A stretch of 64,000 nt of DNA from positions 1,510-65,509 of the IMG/VR virus record IMGVR_UViG_3300030108_002876. One strand, written 5' to 3'. Below the pieces are notes generated by a model that made no database searches, was not told the DNA's origin, and was given only the letters and a program-made list of their open reading frames with translations. Shown here piece by piece: positions 1 through 9,241 of this stretch. A program made the position numbers and the translations under genes. The DNA comes from a virus (taxonomy: Duplodnaviria; Caudoviricetes). Positions within the stretch are counted from its first letter, which is position 1. Every line of letters begins with the position of its first letter.

Positions 1-249
1 GGAAAAATTGAAGAACCTACTATGTATAATATCAAAGGCGGTGGTGAGTGGTATGACGCTTCTTATCACGGCTTATTGGTCCACAGGGACTACGAAGCTA
101 AAACGGTTAAAGCGAAAGTACTCAAGGTTAAATTCCAAAATCTAGGTGAGAACGGAGCTGAAGCTCATTTCACGTGGGAACCTAGATCTGGTAGTTTTGT
201 ACCTATGATGGCAGACGTTGCTGAACAAGAAGCTATGCCATGGGAATAA
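1..249 (+). CDS. C-terminal part of T7/Twinkle-type primase-helicase (5' truncated)
   Basis: YNIKGGGEWYD...VLKVKFQNLG resembles the SF4 helicase C-terminal motifs; the matching N-terminus is at the window end (63607 onward). Confidence 0.75.
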   Translation, partial: GKIEEPTMYNIKGGGEWYDASYHGLLVHRDYEAKTVKAKVLKVKFQNLGENGAEAHFTWEPRSGSFVPMMADVAEQEAMPWE

Positions 250-515
250 ACGATAAAAAGAAAAATAAAAAAGTTTTAGGTAGAGCGCCTGAAGCTATAC
301 CTTATACTGATGATAACATGAAGCATATTGCTTGGTGTATGAACAATAGTATAGTCGTTGGTTTTTCTCCGATATGGGCTTCAGAAGATGATTGGACTAT
401 TGATATAAAAATCAACAACAAATCAAGCGTTGATCCTAACACGTACACAGGAGAAGAAGTTATGGCTAAAGTTTATGAATACTATAAATACTACTACGAT
501 AAATATGAAAAATAG
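240..515 (+). CDS. hypothetical protein
   Basis: 91-aa ORF overlapping both neighbours in operon style. Confidence 0.6.
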   Translation: MGINDKKKNKKVLGRAPEAIPYTDDNMKHIAWCMNNSIVVGFSPIWASEDDWTIDIKINNKSSVDPNTYTGEEVMAKVYEYYKYYYDKYEK

Positions 516-1149
516 ATTTTATAATGCAGACTCTGCTTTCACTTATTTTTTAAATGAGATCAGATGTAATGGTATAGAGTTTGGTGATACTAAAGCTTTA
601 TTCAATATAGGTTTTACTATGGAACAACCACGTGATATGTTTATATTAAACAAAGAACGTGAGTGGAACAGAGAGTATGCTGAAGCTGAATGGCAATGGT
701 ATTTATCAGGTGATCGTAATATAAACAAGCTAGGTGACTTATATGGTAAGGTGCCGCCGATATGGACGCGTATGGCTGACAAAGATGGTAATGTTAATTC
801 TAACTATGGCTGGCAGTGGAATCGTAATAATCAACTTACAAAAGTTATAGATAAATTATCTAACCCAAATACTAGACAAGCAGCTATATCGATATACGAT
901 GGCAAAGAAATAGATATGTATGACACCGATACACCGTGTACTTACGCTGTGCAGTTTACGATAATGCCTAAAACTAATAAGCTTAACATGGCTGTAGTTA
1001 TGCGATCAAACGATTTATGGTTTGGCTTCTGCAACGATCAGTATTGTTTTGCTAACTTGCAAATGCTTGTAGCATACGAGCTAGGTATTGATGTCGGTGA
1101 GTATTATCATTATGCACACAACTTACACTTATATAATAACAAGCTATGA
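505..1149 (+). CDS. thymidylate synthase-fold enzyme, T4 gp42-like dCMP hydroxymethyltransferase type
   Basis: NSNYG, catalytic PC, MRSNDLWFGFCND and HNLHLY motifs; ATG at 505 is more plausible than the ORF-track start at 430. Confidence 0.8.
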   Translation: MKNRFYNADSAFTYFLNEIRCNGIEFGDTKALFNIGFTMEQPRDMFILNKEREWNREYAEAEWQWYLSGDRNINKLGDLYGKVPPIWTRMADKDGNVNSNYGWQWNRNNQLTKVIDKLSNPNTRQAAISIYDGKEIDMYDTDTPCTYAVQFTIMPKTNKLNMAVVMRSNDLWFGFCNDQYCFANLQMLVAYELGIDVGEYYHYAHNLHLYNNKL

Positions 1150-1955
1150 CATATTGCATATACCATATACCAGGTAAAAAAATCGGTGTAACAAATAACC
1201 TGGAAGAACGAGTTACACGACAACAAGGTTATACAGAAGATGAATATGAAATACTAGATATGTCAGACGACATTTGCTACATATCTCACAGAGAGATAGA
1301 GCTGCAAAAAGAATATGGCTATAAAGTAGATCGTAAACTGTATAAAGATTTAAACCCTATAAAACAAGAATTAAATTCTATGAATATAAACATAACAGAA
1401 CAAACAACTACGTTTCCATGCCCAGTAAATAAGCTTAAAGGCAGACTTATGGACGAGATAGGTATGTGCTGGAAAACAGATCACGGTAGATGCTGTATCG
1501 ACGCTGACTCTATTAAATGGATTATGGAAAACGTAAAGACATCTATGTATAACAACGATAGATGCTACGTATATAATAAGGCGTTTGCTAGGTACTTTGA
1601 TAACAACGATTGCTGTAAGACAAATACAGGCGCGTTAAACATGAGTGGTCGTAGAGCGCCAGATCGTTTTGATCTAATCAGAACATGGGCAAATGAACGA
1701 GGCTTGTATGATAAAGGCGATACTAAAACTCAATACTTAAAGCTTATGGAAGAAGCTGGCGAGCTTGGTAGAGCTATACTAAAGAACGACGAGCCTGAGT
1801 TTATTGACGCTATCGGTGATATGGTTGTAGTACTAACTAATCTAGCTAGACTAGGTGGCGTATCAATTGAAACTTGTATTGATTCAGCGTATGACGTTAT
1901 TAGTAAGCGTACAGGTAAAATGGTTAACGGTACATTTGTAAAAGATACACTATGA
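1146..1955 (+). CDS. MazG-like dNTP pyrophosphohydrolase with GIY-YIG-like N-terminus
   Basis: C-terminal KLMEEAGEL...DAIGD all-alpha NTP-PPase motif; N-terminal CIY..KIGVTNNLEER. Confidence 0.7.
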   Translation: MTYCIYHIPGKKIGVTNNLEERVTRQQGYTEDEYEILDMSDDICYISHREIELQKEYGYKVDRKLYKDLNPIKQELNSMNINITEQTTTFPCPVNKLKGRLMDEIGMCWKTDHGRCCIDADSIKWIMENVKTSMYNNDRCYVYNKAFARYFDNNDCCKTNTGALNMSGRRAPDRFDLIRTWANERGLYDKGDTKTQYLKLMEEAGELGRAILKNDEPEFIDAIGDMVVVLTNLARLGGVSIETCIDSAYDVISKRTGKMVNGTFVKDTL

Positions 1956-2233
1956 GCGATAGAGAAATAATGAATGCTAAGTCATCTACTAAAAAAGTAA
2001 TGATGAAGTTTCGCGATCCAGTAGTACAACGCGTTTGTGAAAAGTTTACGCAACGATCTGACGAAGGCTATGCTAAGTACGGTCGTACGTTAAGCGATGA
2101 AATGCTAGGCGGACATAAACATCTTGATGGTTATCTCAACGATATACAAGAAGAGCTTATGGATGCAATACTGTATATACAAACAGCTCGTGAGTTAATA
2201 GACCATATCATTGGGCCGCAAGACGACGCATAA
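1952..2233 (+). CDS. hypothetical protein, possible all-alpha nucleotide pyrophosphatase-like
   Basis: KYG...IQEELMDAILY acidic helix motif. Confidence 0.5.
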   Translation: MSDREIMNAKSSTKKVMMKFRDPVVQRVCEKFTQRSDEGYAKYGRTLSDEMLGGHKHLDGYLNDIQEELMDAILYIQTARELIDHIIGPQDDA

Positions 2234-2669
2234 AACCAAGAGCAGGAAACGAGGACCAGTTAAGTCAAAAAAGGTTACCTATGATGGGATAACCTTTGCC
2301 TCGGGTCTTGAGCGTTATATGTATCAAGCACTAAAGAAAGCTAAGATCAAAGCCGAGTACGAGCCGGAGACATTTGTTCTTCAAGAAGGATTTATGTGCG
2401 ACATACAATGTTACGAGCGTCAAAGCAACGGTAAAGGCGACATGGTTAATCGCGGAGAAAAGAAAATACTACCTATCAAGTACACTCCTGATTTTATCGG
2501 TAATGGTTTTATAATAGAAACAAAAGGCAGGGCAAACGAAAGTTTTCCTATGCGTTGGAAAATGTTTAAGAAATACATTAACAAACATAATATGCCTGTG
2601 ACTTTATATAAACCCCAAAATCAAAAGGAATGTGATAAAGTTATAGAACTAATAAAAAGCAAACAATGA
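2211..2669 (+). CDS. PD-(D/E)xK endonuclease (T7 endonuclease I / DUF1064-like)
   Basis: FASGLE and YTPDF...IIETKG motifs. Confidence 0.75.
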   Translation: MGRKTTHKTKSRKRGPVKSKKVTYDGITFASGLERYMYQALKKAKIKAEYEPETFVLQEGFMCDIQCYERQSNGKGDMVNRGEKKILPIKYTPDFIGNGFIIETKGRANESFPMRWKMFKKYINKHNMPVTLYKPQNQKECDKVIELIKSKQ

Positions 2670-2815
2670 GTTGGGAATTAAGCGTTGGGTTTTACCCAGG
2701 AATAATTGTAGGATTTAGATCTTACGAACAAGAAACATGTAACAATCATGTGTTGTATTTACCTTTCGTAGATATATGTTTAACAATTTTAAAACAAGAG
2801 TATGAGTCAGATTAG
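2666..2815 (+). CDS. small hypothetical protein (49 aa, MSWELSVGFYPG...)
   Basis: Translated by hand; ATGA overlap with the upstream stop; fills the gap before nrdJ. Confidence 0.55.
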   Translation: MSWELSVGFYPGIIVGFRSYEQETCNNHVLYLPFVDICLTILKQEYESD

Positions 2816-4667
2816 CAGAGATATTTTATCAGATATTACAGTGCATATGAAGTATGCTAAGTATATACCTGAGCTTAACAGAAGAGAAACATGGGAAGAG
2901 CTAGTTACACGTAACTTAGAGATGCACGTTAAGAAATATCCTGAGCTAACAGATCAAATCAACGAAGCTTATAAATATGTATATGATAAAAAAGTTTTAC
3001 CGTCAATGCGTTCGCTACAGTTTAGTGGCAAGCCTATTGAAATATCTCCGAACAGGTTGTATAACTGTAGCTACTTACCTATTGACCACATTGATAGCTT
3101 TAGTGAGACTATGTTCTTACTTCTTTCAGGCTGTGGGGTGGGTTATTCAGTGCAGCAGCACCACGTTGGAAGATTACCACACATCATTAAACCGTTTGAA
3201 AAGCGACACAGGCGTTTTGTAATTGGTGATAGTATTGAAGGTTGGGCTGATGCGGTTAAAGTACTTGTTGAGTCGTACCTTGGTGGTCGCAGATGTTCTA
3301 AAGTAAAGTTTGATTACTCAGACATCAGGCCTAAAGGTGCAAGGCTAGTGACGTCAGGAGGCAAAGCTCCTGGCCCACAGCCACTCAAAGAGTGTTTAGT
3401 TAAAGTTCAAGGTATACTAGATAATAAAGATGATGGAACAAAGCTTACAAGTCTTGAAGTACACGATATCGTCTGTCATATTGCTGATGCTGTCTTGGCT
3501 GGTGGCATACGACGTGCAGCACTTATATCGTTATTTAGTGCTACAGATGAAGAAATGATATCATGTAAGTCAGGCAACTGGTGGGAACTTAATCCGCAGC
3601 GTGGTAGAGCTAATAACTCTGCTGTGTTAATGAGACATAAAGTTAAGAAGAAGTTCTTTATGGATCTGTGGAAAAGAGTTGAAGCATCAGGAGCTGGAGA
3701 ACCTGGCATATATCTAAACAATGATAAGGACTGGGGAACAAACCCGTGTTGTGAGATTGCTCTTCGTCCTTATCAGTTCTGTAACCTATGTGAGGTTAAC
3801 GTATCAGATATAGTTGATCAAGATGATTTAAATGCTAGAGTTAAAGTTGCTGCCTTTATAGGTACGCTGCAAGCAGGTTATACAGACTTTCACTACCTAC
3901 GTGAGGTGTGGAAAGATACAACTGAGAAAGATGCATTAATAGGTGTATCAATGACAGGCATTGGCTCTAACAAAGTTATGAATCTTGATATGAAAAAAGC
4001 TGCTGATATTGTTAAGCGTGAGAATACTAGAGTTGCTAAGCTTATAGGTATTAATAAAGCAGCGCGTACAACTTGTGTTAAGCCAGCAGGTACTACATCA
4101 CTAGTACTAGGCACATCATCTGGTATACACGCTTGGCATAACAAGCACTACGTACGTAGACTACGAGTTGGTAAGAACGAAGCTATTTATTCTTACCTAG
4201 TTAAGAACCACCCTGAGTTGATCGAAGATGAATACTTCAGACCTCATGATACAGCTGTAATCAGTGTACCGCAAGCGGCGCCTGATGGTTGTATTGTAAG
4301 AACTGAGTCTGCATTTGATTTACTTGAGAGAGTAAAGAAAGTATCAACTGACTGGGTATCGCCTGGTCATAGGACTGGTTCAAACACTCACAATGTTTCT
4401 GCTACTATTAGTTTAAAAGCTAACGAGTGGGACGAGGCTGGTGAGTGGATGTGGAAAAACAGAGAATACTATAACGGTCTATCTGTTTTACCATACGACG
4501 GTGGTACATATACTCAAGCTCCATTTGAAGACATTACTAAAACTAAATTTAATGAAATGGTTAAGTCACTAGATACTGTTGACTTATCAAATGTAATGGA
4601 GACCGAGGATAACACAGATCTTTCTGGTGAGCTAGCTTGCTCAGGCGGGTCGTGTGAGGTTACATAA
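2802..4667 (+). CDS. nrdJ: class II (adenosylcobalamin-dependent) ribonucleotide reductase
   Basis: TNPCCEI active site, KPAGT, C-terminal CSGGSC redox pair; no adjacent beta subunit gene. Confidence 0.88.
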   Translation: MSQISRDILSDITVHMKYAKYIPELNRRETWEELVTRNLEMHVKKYPELTDQINEAYKYVYDKKVLPSMRSLQFSGKPIEISPNRLYNCSYLPIDHIDSFSETMFLLLSGCGVGYSVQQHHVGRLPHIIKPFEKRHRRFVIGDSIEGWADAVKVLVESYLGGRRCSKVKFDYSDIRPKGARLVTSGGKAPGPQPLKECLVKVQGILDNKDDGTKLTSLEVHDIVCHIADAVLAGGIRRAALISLFSATDEEMISCKSGNWWELNPQRGRANNSAVLMRHKVKKKFFMDLWKRVEASGAGEPGIYLNNDKDWGTNPCCEIALRPYQFCNLCEVNVSDIVDQDDLNARVKVAAFIGTLQAGYTDFHYLREVWKDTTEKDALIGVSMTGIGSNKVMNLDMKKAADIVKRENTRVAKLIGINKAARTTCVKPAGTTSLVLGTSSGIHAWHNKHYVRRLRVGKNEAIYSYLVKNHPELIEDEYFRPHDTAVISVPQAAPDGCIVRTESAFDLLERVKKVSTDWVSPGHRTGSNTHNVSATISLKANEWDEAGEWMWKNREYYNGLSVLPYDGGTYTQAPFEDITKTKFNEMVKSLDTVDLSNVMETEDNTDLSGELACSGGSCEVT

Positions 4668-4686
4668 TCTAAACTACCGGATACAG

Positions 4687-4718
4687 AAAAGGGGAACTTA
4701 ACGGTTCCCCTTTTTTTT
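4687..4718. terminator. bidirectional rho-independent terminator where the two arms converge
   Basis: AAAA-GGGGAAC-ttaacg-GTTCCCC-T8. Confidence 0.85.
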
Positions 4719-4764
4719 ATTTACACCAGCCGCAGCTAATGCATATTGGACATATGTGTTTCAT
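4717..4764 (-). CDS. putative 15-aa Cys-rich micropeptide MKHICPICISCGWCK
   Basis: Translated by hand; sits between the last late gene and the terminator; CxxCxxCxxC pattern. Confidence 0.35.
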   Translation of the reverse strand: MKHICPICISCGWCK

Positions 4765-4768
4765 GGTT

Positions 4769-5428
4769 TTATTTTTTTGTTTTGTCTTTACCTTCTATTT
4801 GACTAGCAACACCTCCCAACGTGCCAGTGTCACGATCAAACCAGTAGCCTAAATTACCAAGACTTCTAATAACATCACTAGCTTTGTCTCCTTGGAACGT
4901 TAAGCTTTTACCAAGATCTTTACCACCTTTAATAAAATCAAAAGCTTTACCTCCTGCAGGCGGAACTACATTAAGCACTGCAGCAGTATTGTATGCAGCA
5001 CCTTTCAGGTGTTTAGCAGCATCACTAAAAGATCGAGGTCTATTAAGTCCTATAGTCGCATCAATACTTCTTCCAAAACTAGCAGCAGCGTTTCCAATGT
5101 CAAAATAAGGATTTCCTACCCCGGCAAAAGACGCTCCTATTTGACTTTTATCTTTTACGTCTTCTGTTTTTTCATATCTTTCTTTATCTTGCTCAGGTGT
5201 TTGACCTAATAGCTTTCCAACTAAAGATCTTTTTTCATAGGCTTCATCAAACTCTTTTTGCTCTTTTTCGAGCTTTTCAAAATCAGCCTTTGGATCTGCT
5301 ACAGCTTCGTCGCTATGTGAATGGTCAGCAGGAAGAGACATATCGACATGTTTAAGTGGAGATATTTTACCTCTTGATCGGTCACTTTTTACTAGCCCAG
5401 CAAGACCATATACTCTTTTTCCATTCAT
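4769..5428 (-). CDS. hypothetical protein (possible virion cargo)
   Basis: Likely start MNGKR at 5428, coupled to the upstream stop; has an SPLK motif near the N-terminus. Confidence 0.6.
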   Translation of the reverse strand: MNGKRVYGLAGLVKSDRSRGKISPLKHVDMSLPADHSHSDEAVADPKADFEKLEKEQKEFDEAYEKRSLVGKLLGQTPEQDKERYEKTEDVKDKSQIGASFAGVGNPYFDIGNAAASFGRSIDATIGLNRPRSFSDAAKHLKGAAYNTAAVLNVVPPAGGKAFDFIKGGKDLGKSLTFQGDKASDVIRSLGNLGYWFDRDTGTLGGVASQIEGKDKTKK

Positions 5429-5790
5429 TTTTCTCCACACTTTTTGCTTGGGTTGCCAACTTGTACCCAGTTTTCTTTTTGAAACCAATCACGTAATGTA
5501 GCTCCTTTTTTACGAGCACCTTTAACATTACTCTTACTTGAGCGTTTATACTTACCACCTTTAGCTGCAGATCTTTTAGCGCGTACTACTTTATTTCGTT
5601 CTGACTTGCTCATGCTTCTAACTTTAGCAGCAGGCAAACAAACCTTTTTAGTACCACCACCTTTAGTTTTCTTAGGCATAGCAGAAATAACGCTGTCAAT
5701 TTTTTTTGCTTGACCAGCGTGGGTTTTACTAGCTTTTTTTAGTTCTTTAGATACTGCCTGCAACACAGGTTTTTTCATCTTAAACGCCAT
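5425..5790 (-). CDS. small basic protein with MAFKMK N-terminus
   Basis: Lys/Arg-rich 121-aa ORF. Confidence 0.7.
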   Translation of the reverse strand: MAFKMKKPVLQAVSKELKKASKTHAGQAKKIDSVISAMPKKTKGGGTKKVCLPAAKVRSMSKSERNKVVRAKRSAAKGGKYKRSSKSNVKGARKKGATLRDWFQKENWVQVGNPSKKCGEK

Positions 5791-6248
5791 TACTTATTGT
5801 GTTTTCTTTTTAATTCTTTTTTAGCAGCTTTAGCTAAGCGAGCTTGCTCCATTTTACCCATGACTCTAGCGCGTTGCTCTAATACAGTTAGTATCTGTAT
5901 TTTTCTAGCGTAAGGTTTGTTAATACGTTTTACTTTAGCTATAGTTTTTCTAGCATCAGATACTGTAGCAAACTTAATTGATACTGTGTCTTTAGGATTT
6001 TCGTCTGTGTATAGTCTTCTACCGCTACCTTTAGGCTTTTTGCCTGTACCTTTTTTAGGATCAGCTTTCTTTTTCTTAGGTGAAGGTCTATTAGTCTGCA
6101 TATTTATAAACCAATTTGCTAATTGTTTATCTCTTGGTGTAGCGTCTTTACGATTTTTAAGCTTACGAGCTTTTTCAACTGTAACATCACCGCCGTATAG
6201 CTTAGATATTCTAGCTTTCAACACGCCTCTATAAGCTTTACTTGCCAT
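5790..6248 (-). CDS. small basic hypothetical protein
   Basis: Lys/Arg-rich; coupled overlaps with neighbours. Confidence 0.7.
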   Translation of the reverse strand: MASKAYRGVLKARISKLYGGDVTVEKARKLKNRKDATPRDKQLANWFINMQTNRPSPKKKKADPKKGTGKKPKGSGRRLYTDENPKDTVSIKFATVSDARKTIAKVKRINKPYARKIQILTVLEQRARVMGKMEQARLAKAAKKELKRKHNK

Positions 6249-6525
6249 CTTTCTTCTTACCTAAACGCTTACGAACTATATTCATAACTGTTTTCATTTT
6301 ACGAGCATAGCTAGGTTTCTTTTGTCTATTAAAAACATACTGTTGGTTAAGGCTACTAATAATTTTAGATAAATTACCTTTTCTAGTTTTAATAAGCCAT
6401 GATGCTAGTGCTGATGGAGATAAATCTTTAAACTTACCTTTAGCATCAGGAGCATCTGAATCGTGCCACGTAATAGACTTTTTAGTTTTTTTCTTTTTAA
6501 CAGGTGTTGATCTATATATAGCCAT
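6238..6525 (-). CDS. small basic hypothetical protein
   Basis: Lys-rich 95-aa ORF within the operon. Confidence 0.65.
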   Translation of the reverse strand: MAIYRSTPVKKKKTKKSITWHDSDAPDAKGKFKDLSPSALASWLIKTRKGNLSKIISSLNQQYVFNRQKKPSYARKMKTVMNIVRKRLGKKKDGK

Positions 6526-7070
6526 TATATTTTGTCTTTAATATGATTGTACATATCTAAACCTAGCTTTTTACCAAACACAGAGTCTGATTTGTAGTGA
6601 GCTCTAGCAGAGTTTCTACTGTCAGATATATCTTTAGCTGTCTTCATAAACTGCGACTTAGCTTTAGGATACATCTTGCTTAACGCACTACCTATTAAAT
6701 ATCCTTGAGCTGAGTGACCTGACGGATATGCAGGCGTACGCATAGAGTTTAGCTTAACAGTTTCCATTTTGATATTCATCTTCTTAGCTAAAGCTCCAGG
6801 CCTAGGTCTTTTAAAATGTCTTTTTAGTTTCATTATAGGCGAGCTAGAATCATTAACTAATTTTTTAACTAAATCTTTAGGAAAGTCGACACCAGCTTTT
6901 TTTGCTGTCTTTTTAAATGATCCTGCAACGTCGTCTTTTTCTGTAATAAATTTTTTATTAATAGGAGTTTTAGCAAGCTGCTTTATTTCTTGAGCAGTTT
7001 GAAAAGAGCTATCAGCCGGAGGCTTGTTACTCTTAAATTTTTCTACGCTATAATCCTTAAATAAAGACAT
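6525..7070 (-). CDS. PAP2-superfamily (acid phosphatase/haloperoxidase-like) phosphatase
   Basis: All three motifs present: K-x6-RP (KRHFKRPRP), PSGH, SR-x5-H-x3-D (SRNSARAHYKSD); no TM segments. Confidence 0.85.
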   Translation of the reverse strand: MSLFKDYSVEKFKSNKPPADSSFQTAQEIKQLAKTPINKKFITEKDDVAGSFKKTAKKAGVDFPKDLVKKLVNDSSSPIMKLKRHFKRPRPGALAKKMNIKMETVKLNSMRTPAYPSGHSAQGYLIGSALSKMYPKAKSQFMKTAKDISDSRNSARAHYKSDSVFGKKLGLDMYNHIKDKI

Positions 7071-7417
7071 TACTTTTTCTTTTTACCCATCTTACTAGGT
7101 CCGCCAGCTCTAGTACAACGCACACCCCAACCTGAAGCATAAGCACTAGGCCATACTTTAAATTTACGCTTAGCTGCAGACTTACAAGGTCCACTAATTT
7201 TAGTGCGCTTAATTTTCTTTTGCATAGGCGACTTCATTTTAGCTGGCGCTGTTCCTTCTTTAATTATTTCAGGACCATACTGTCCTCCTACTCCTATTTC
7301 TTTGTGACGGTGACCGTCAATTTCTTCGCCATGATACTTAGGCTTAGTCATATCAACAGAAGTTTTGTGCTTCATTGCCGATGAAAAAAACATCGGGCCT
7401 TTCATTTTAAATGCCAT
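7070..7417 (-). CDS. small basic protein with MAFKMK N-terminus
   Basis: MAFKMKG, SAMK, SPMQ; C-terminal KFKVWPSAYAS segment. Confidence 0.7.
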   Translation of the reverse strand: MAFKMKGPMFFSSAMKHKTSVDMTKPKYHGEEIDGHRHKEIGVGGQYGPEIIKEGTAPAKMKSPMQKKIKRTKISGPCKSAAKRKFKVWPSAYASGWGVRCTRAGGPSKMGKKKK

Positions 7418-7428
7418 GATTTATTATT

Positions 7429-7836
7429 TTAACAATTCCATCTACGTCTAGCTGCACGACCTCTTTTGCTTTTCCAACCTTTTGATCTAGCGCAGAACGA
7501 TTTTCTACGTTTAGCAGCTTTGCTGCCTGGTTTTAATTTAGATGGTTTAGTAGTAACAGCTGTTTGTAACTTACTACCAGGGTTTTTACGTCTATATTCT
7601 TTTACACCTTTCTCAGTCATACCTCCACCAGCAGCAGCACCAGTACCAGTTGACTTAGCTTTATTAAAGTTTTTACCTGGACCTATAGTTCTACGTACGT
7701 CAGGCTTACGTTTACGCTTACGCTTTTCAAACGGAGAGTCATCAACCATCTTAATAGGATTATCAGTGGTTTGAAAGTTTCTACGTCTACCGCAAGACGT
7801 TACAGCAAAAGGATTATTTTTTTGTACGTATGCCAT
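7429..7836 (-). CDS. small basic hypothetical protein
   Basis: Arg/Lys-rich; RRKSFCAR...RRWNC C-terminus. Confidence 0.7.
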   Translation of the reverse strand: MAYVQKNNPFAVTSCGRRRNFQTTDNPIKMVDDSPFEKRKRKRKPDVRRTIGPGKNFNKAKSTGTGAAAGGGMTEKGVKEYRRKNPGSKLQTAVTTKPSKLKPGSKAAKRRKSFCARSKGWKSKRGRAARRRWNC

Positions 7837-8297
7837 TACATTAATTCATAATGTGTCTTACCATTTTTCTTAACGGCTTTAAGACACCTGTGTCTATTGT
7901 CTTCTTCAGATACATAGCTAACATGTATCCATGCAGGGTTTTTATCATCGCCAAACTCCCAGATCATTTGATCGTAGTCTAAGTGATACCGCATCCATTT
8001 AAACATAGAAGCATTAGTTCTATGTCCATATGTATCATCAAGATCTATAGCTTGGCCTTTACAGTGTTGAGAGTTTTTACTACCACCAATAGCCACGTTT
8101 AGTTCAGGTGATCTATAAAAACTATTTATTTTAATTGGTCCACCTACGTGTTTGCGTAATGGTTCAAAAACTTTCTCAGCTATAAGCTTCATGTTCTCAA
8201 GCTCTTCAACGTCTGGTATATTATCTATACCTCTACGCAAAGCCGTGTTTGAGCGAGTTGCTTCCTTATAACTTATATGATCACTTATTTTATCCAT
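7836..8297 (-). CDS. peptidase M15A family zinc peptidase (probable endolysin)
   Basis: SFYRS, SQH-x6-D (SQHCKGQAID) and WIHVS motifs. Confidence 0.85.
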   Translation of the reverse strand: MDKISDHISYKEATRSNTALRRGIDNIPDVEELENMKLIAEKVFEPLRKHVGGPIKINSFYRSPELNVAIGGSKNSQHCKGQAIDLDDTYGHRTNASMFKWMRYHLDYDQMIWEFGDDKNPAWIHVSYVSEEDNRHRCLKAVKKNGKTHYELM

Positions 8298-8602
8298 TAT
8301 TTTATTATTATTGATAACGGCGTAGAACCTCCTAACCCAGCTCCAGCTGTAGTTATTTTAAGAGCTAACACAGAATTATTAAACGATACGTTTTCTAAAA
8401 ATATACTTGATTTACCTGGTATATCTGTTTTTAATATATAACACTTCGTTCCAGATGTGTCTTCTAAAAACAAATCAACTGTAACATCTGTGCTCGCGTG
8501 AGCGTTTGTTAATCTAATAGAACTAATACTACCTTTTCCTTTATAAAAATCTATTAACGTAGTTGTTGTAGCACTTGTTATATTATATAATCCTTTTTCC
8601 AT
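8297..8602 (-). CDS. hypothetical beta-rich structural protein
   Basis: Thr/Ser-rich 101-aa ORF. Confidence 0.55.
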   Translation of the reverse strand: MEKGLYNITSATTTTLIDFYKGKGSISSIRLTNAHASTDVTVDLFLEDTSGTKCYILKTDIPGKSSIFLENVSFNNSVLALKITTAGAGLGGSTPLSIIIK

Positions 8603-8608
8603 TACGTA

Positions 8609-9241
8609 TTATATTGTTGCTATTGTTACTGTTGCACCATATATTAATGTATTAGTAGTTCCTGGAGCTACTTTTATTACTAAATCTTGCGTTGCACTAG
8701 ACGGTATATCTGTTATATCAATGTTAGCGTTAAAATCGCCAGATGTTGAGCTTACGTTATTGTCAGCTCCAGTTTGATAGTTAAACGACTTAACTGTAAC
8801 AGCGCTAGATGTACTTGCGCTCGCGTGAACTTGTACGTGAGTTGCTTTGTATCCACTAGGTAATTTTTGAAACGCGTAACCTTCTAAAAGAGAGTTAAAA
8901 AACACTATACCTAAAGTATTTGATGTATCATCTTCAATATATCCCCAAGCTCTAGTACTATCATCATTAGGCACAAACTGATCTGGCATTATTTTAATAA
9001 CAGTAGTGCTAAATGGATCTGCTGTTACTCCACCAGCAGCTGCATTAATACGATCATCAATAGCAGCTGAAGTCATAATGCTAGTGTTGTTATCAGCAAA
9101 CGATTCAGCAGATGTTTGCACAGCATTTATAGTTGCGCCATCAATTCTAAGATCACCATCTAAACGTGCAGTGCCACTTACTTGCAAGCTACGAAACCTA
9201 GCTGCAAGGTTAAATACACGTTGACCAATATACTTAATCAT
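8609..9241 (-). CDS. putative tail fibre/spike-related protein
   Basis: FADNNTSIMTSAAIDDRI fibre-like segment followed by a beta-rich C-terminus. Confidence 0.5.
   Translation of the reverse strand: MIKYIGQRVFNLAARFRSLQVSGTARLDGDLRIDGATINAVQTSAESFADNNTSIMTSAAIDDRINAAAGGVTADPFSTTVIKIMPDQFVPNDDSTRAWGYIEDDTSNTLGIVFFNSLLEGYAFQKLPSGYKATHVQVHASASTSSAVTVKSFNYQTGADNNVSSTSGDFNANIDITDIPSSATQDLVIKVAPGTTNTLIYGATVTIATI

Noticed and set aside
505-1149. Plain thyA annotation
   Set aside because: The specificity residue is Asp and the flanking motifs are gp42-like, so no gene symbol was assigned
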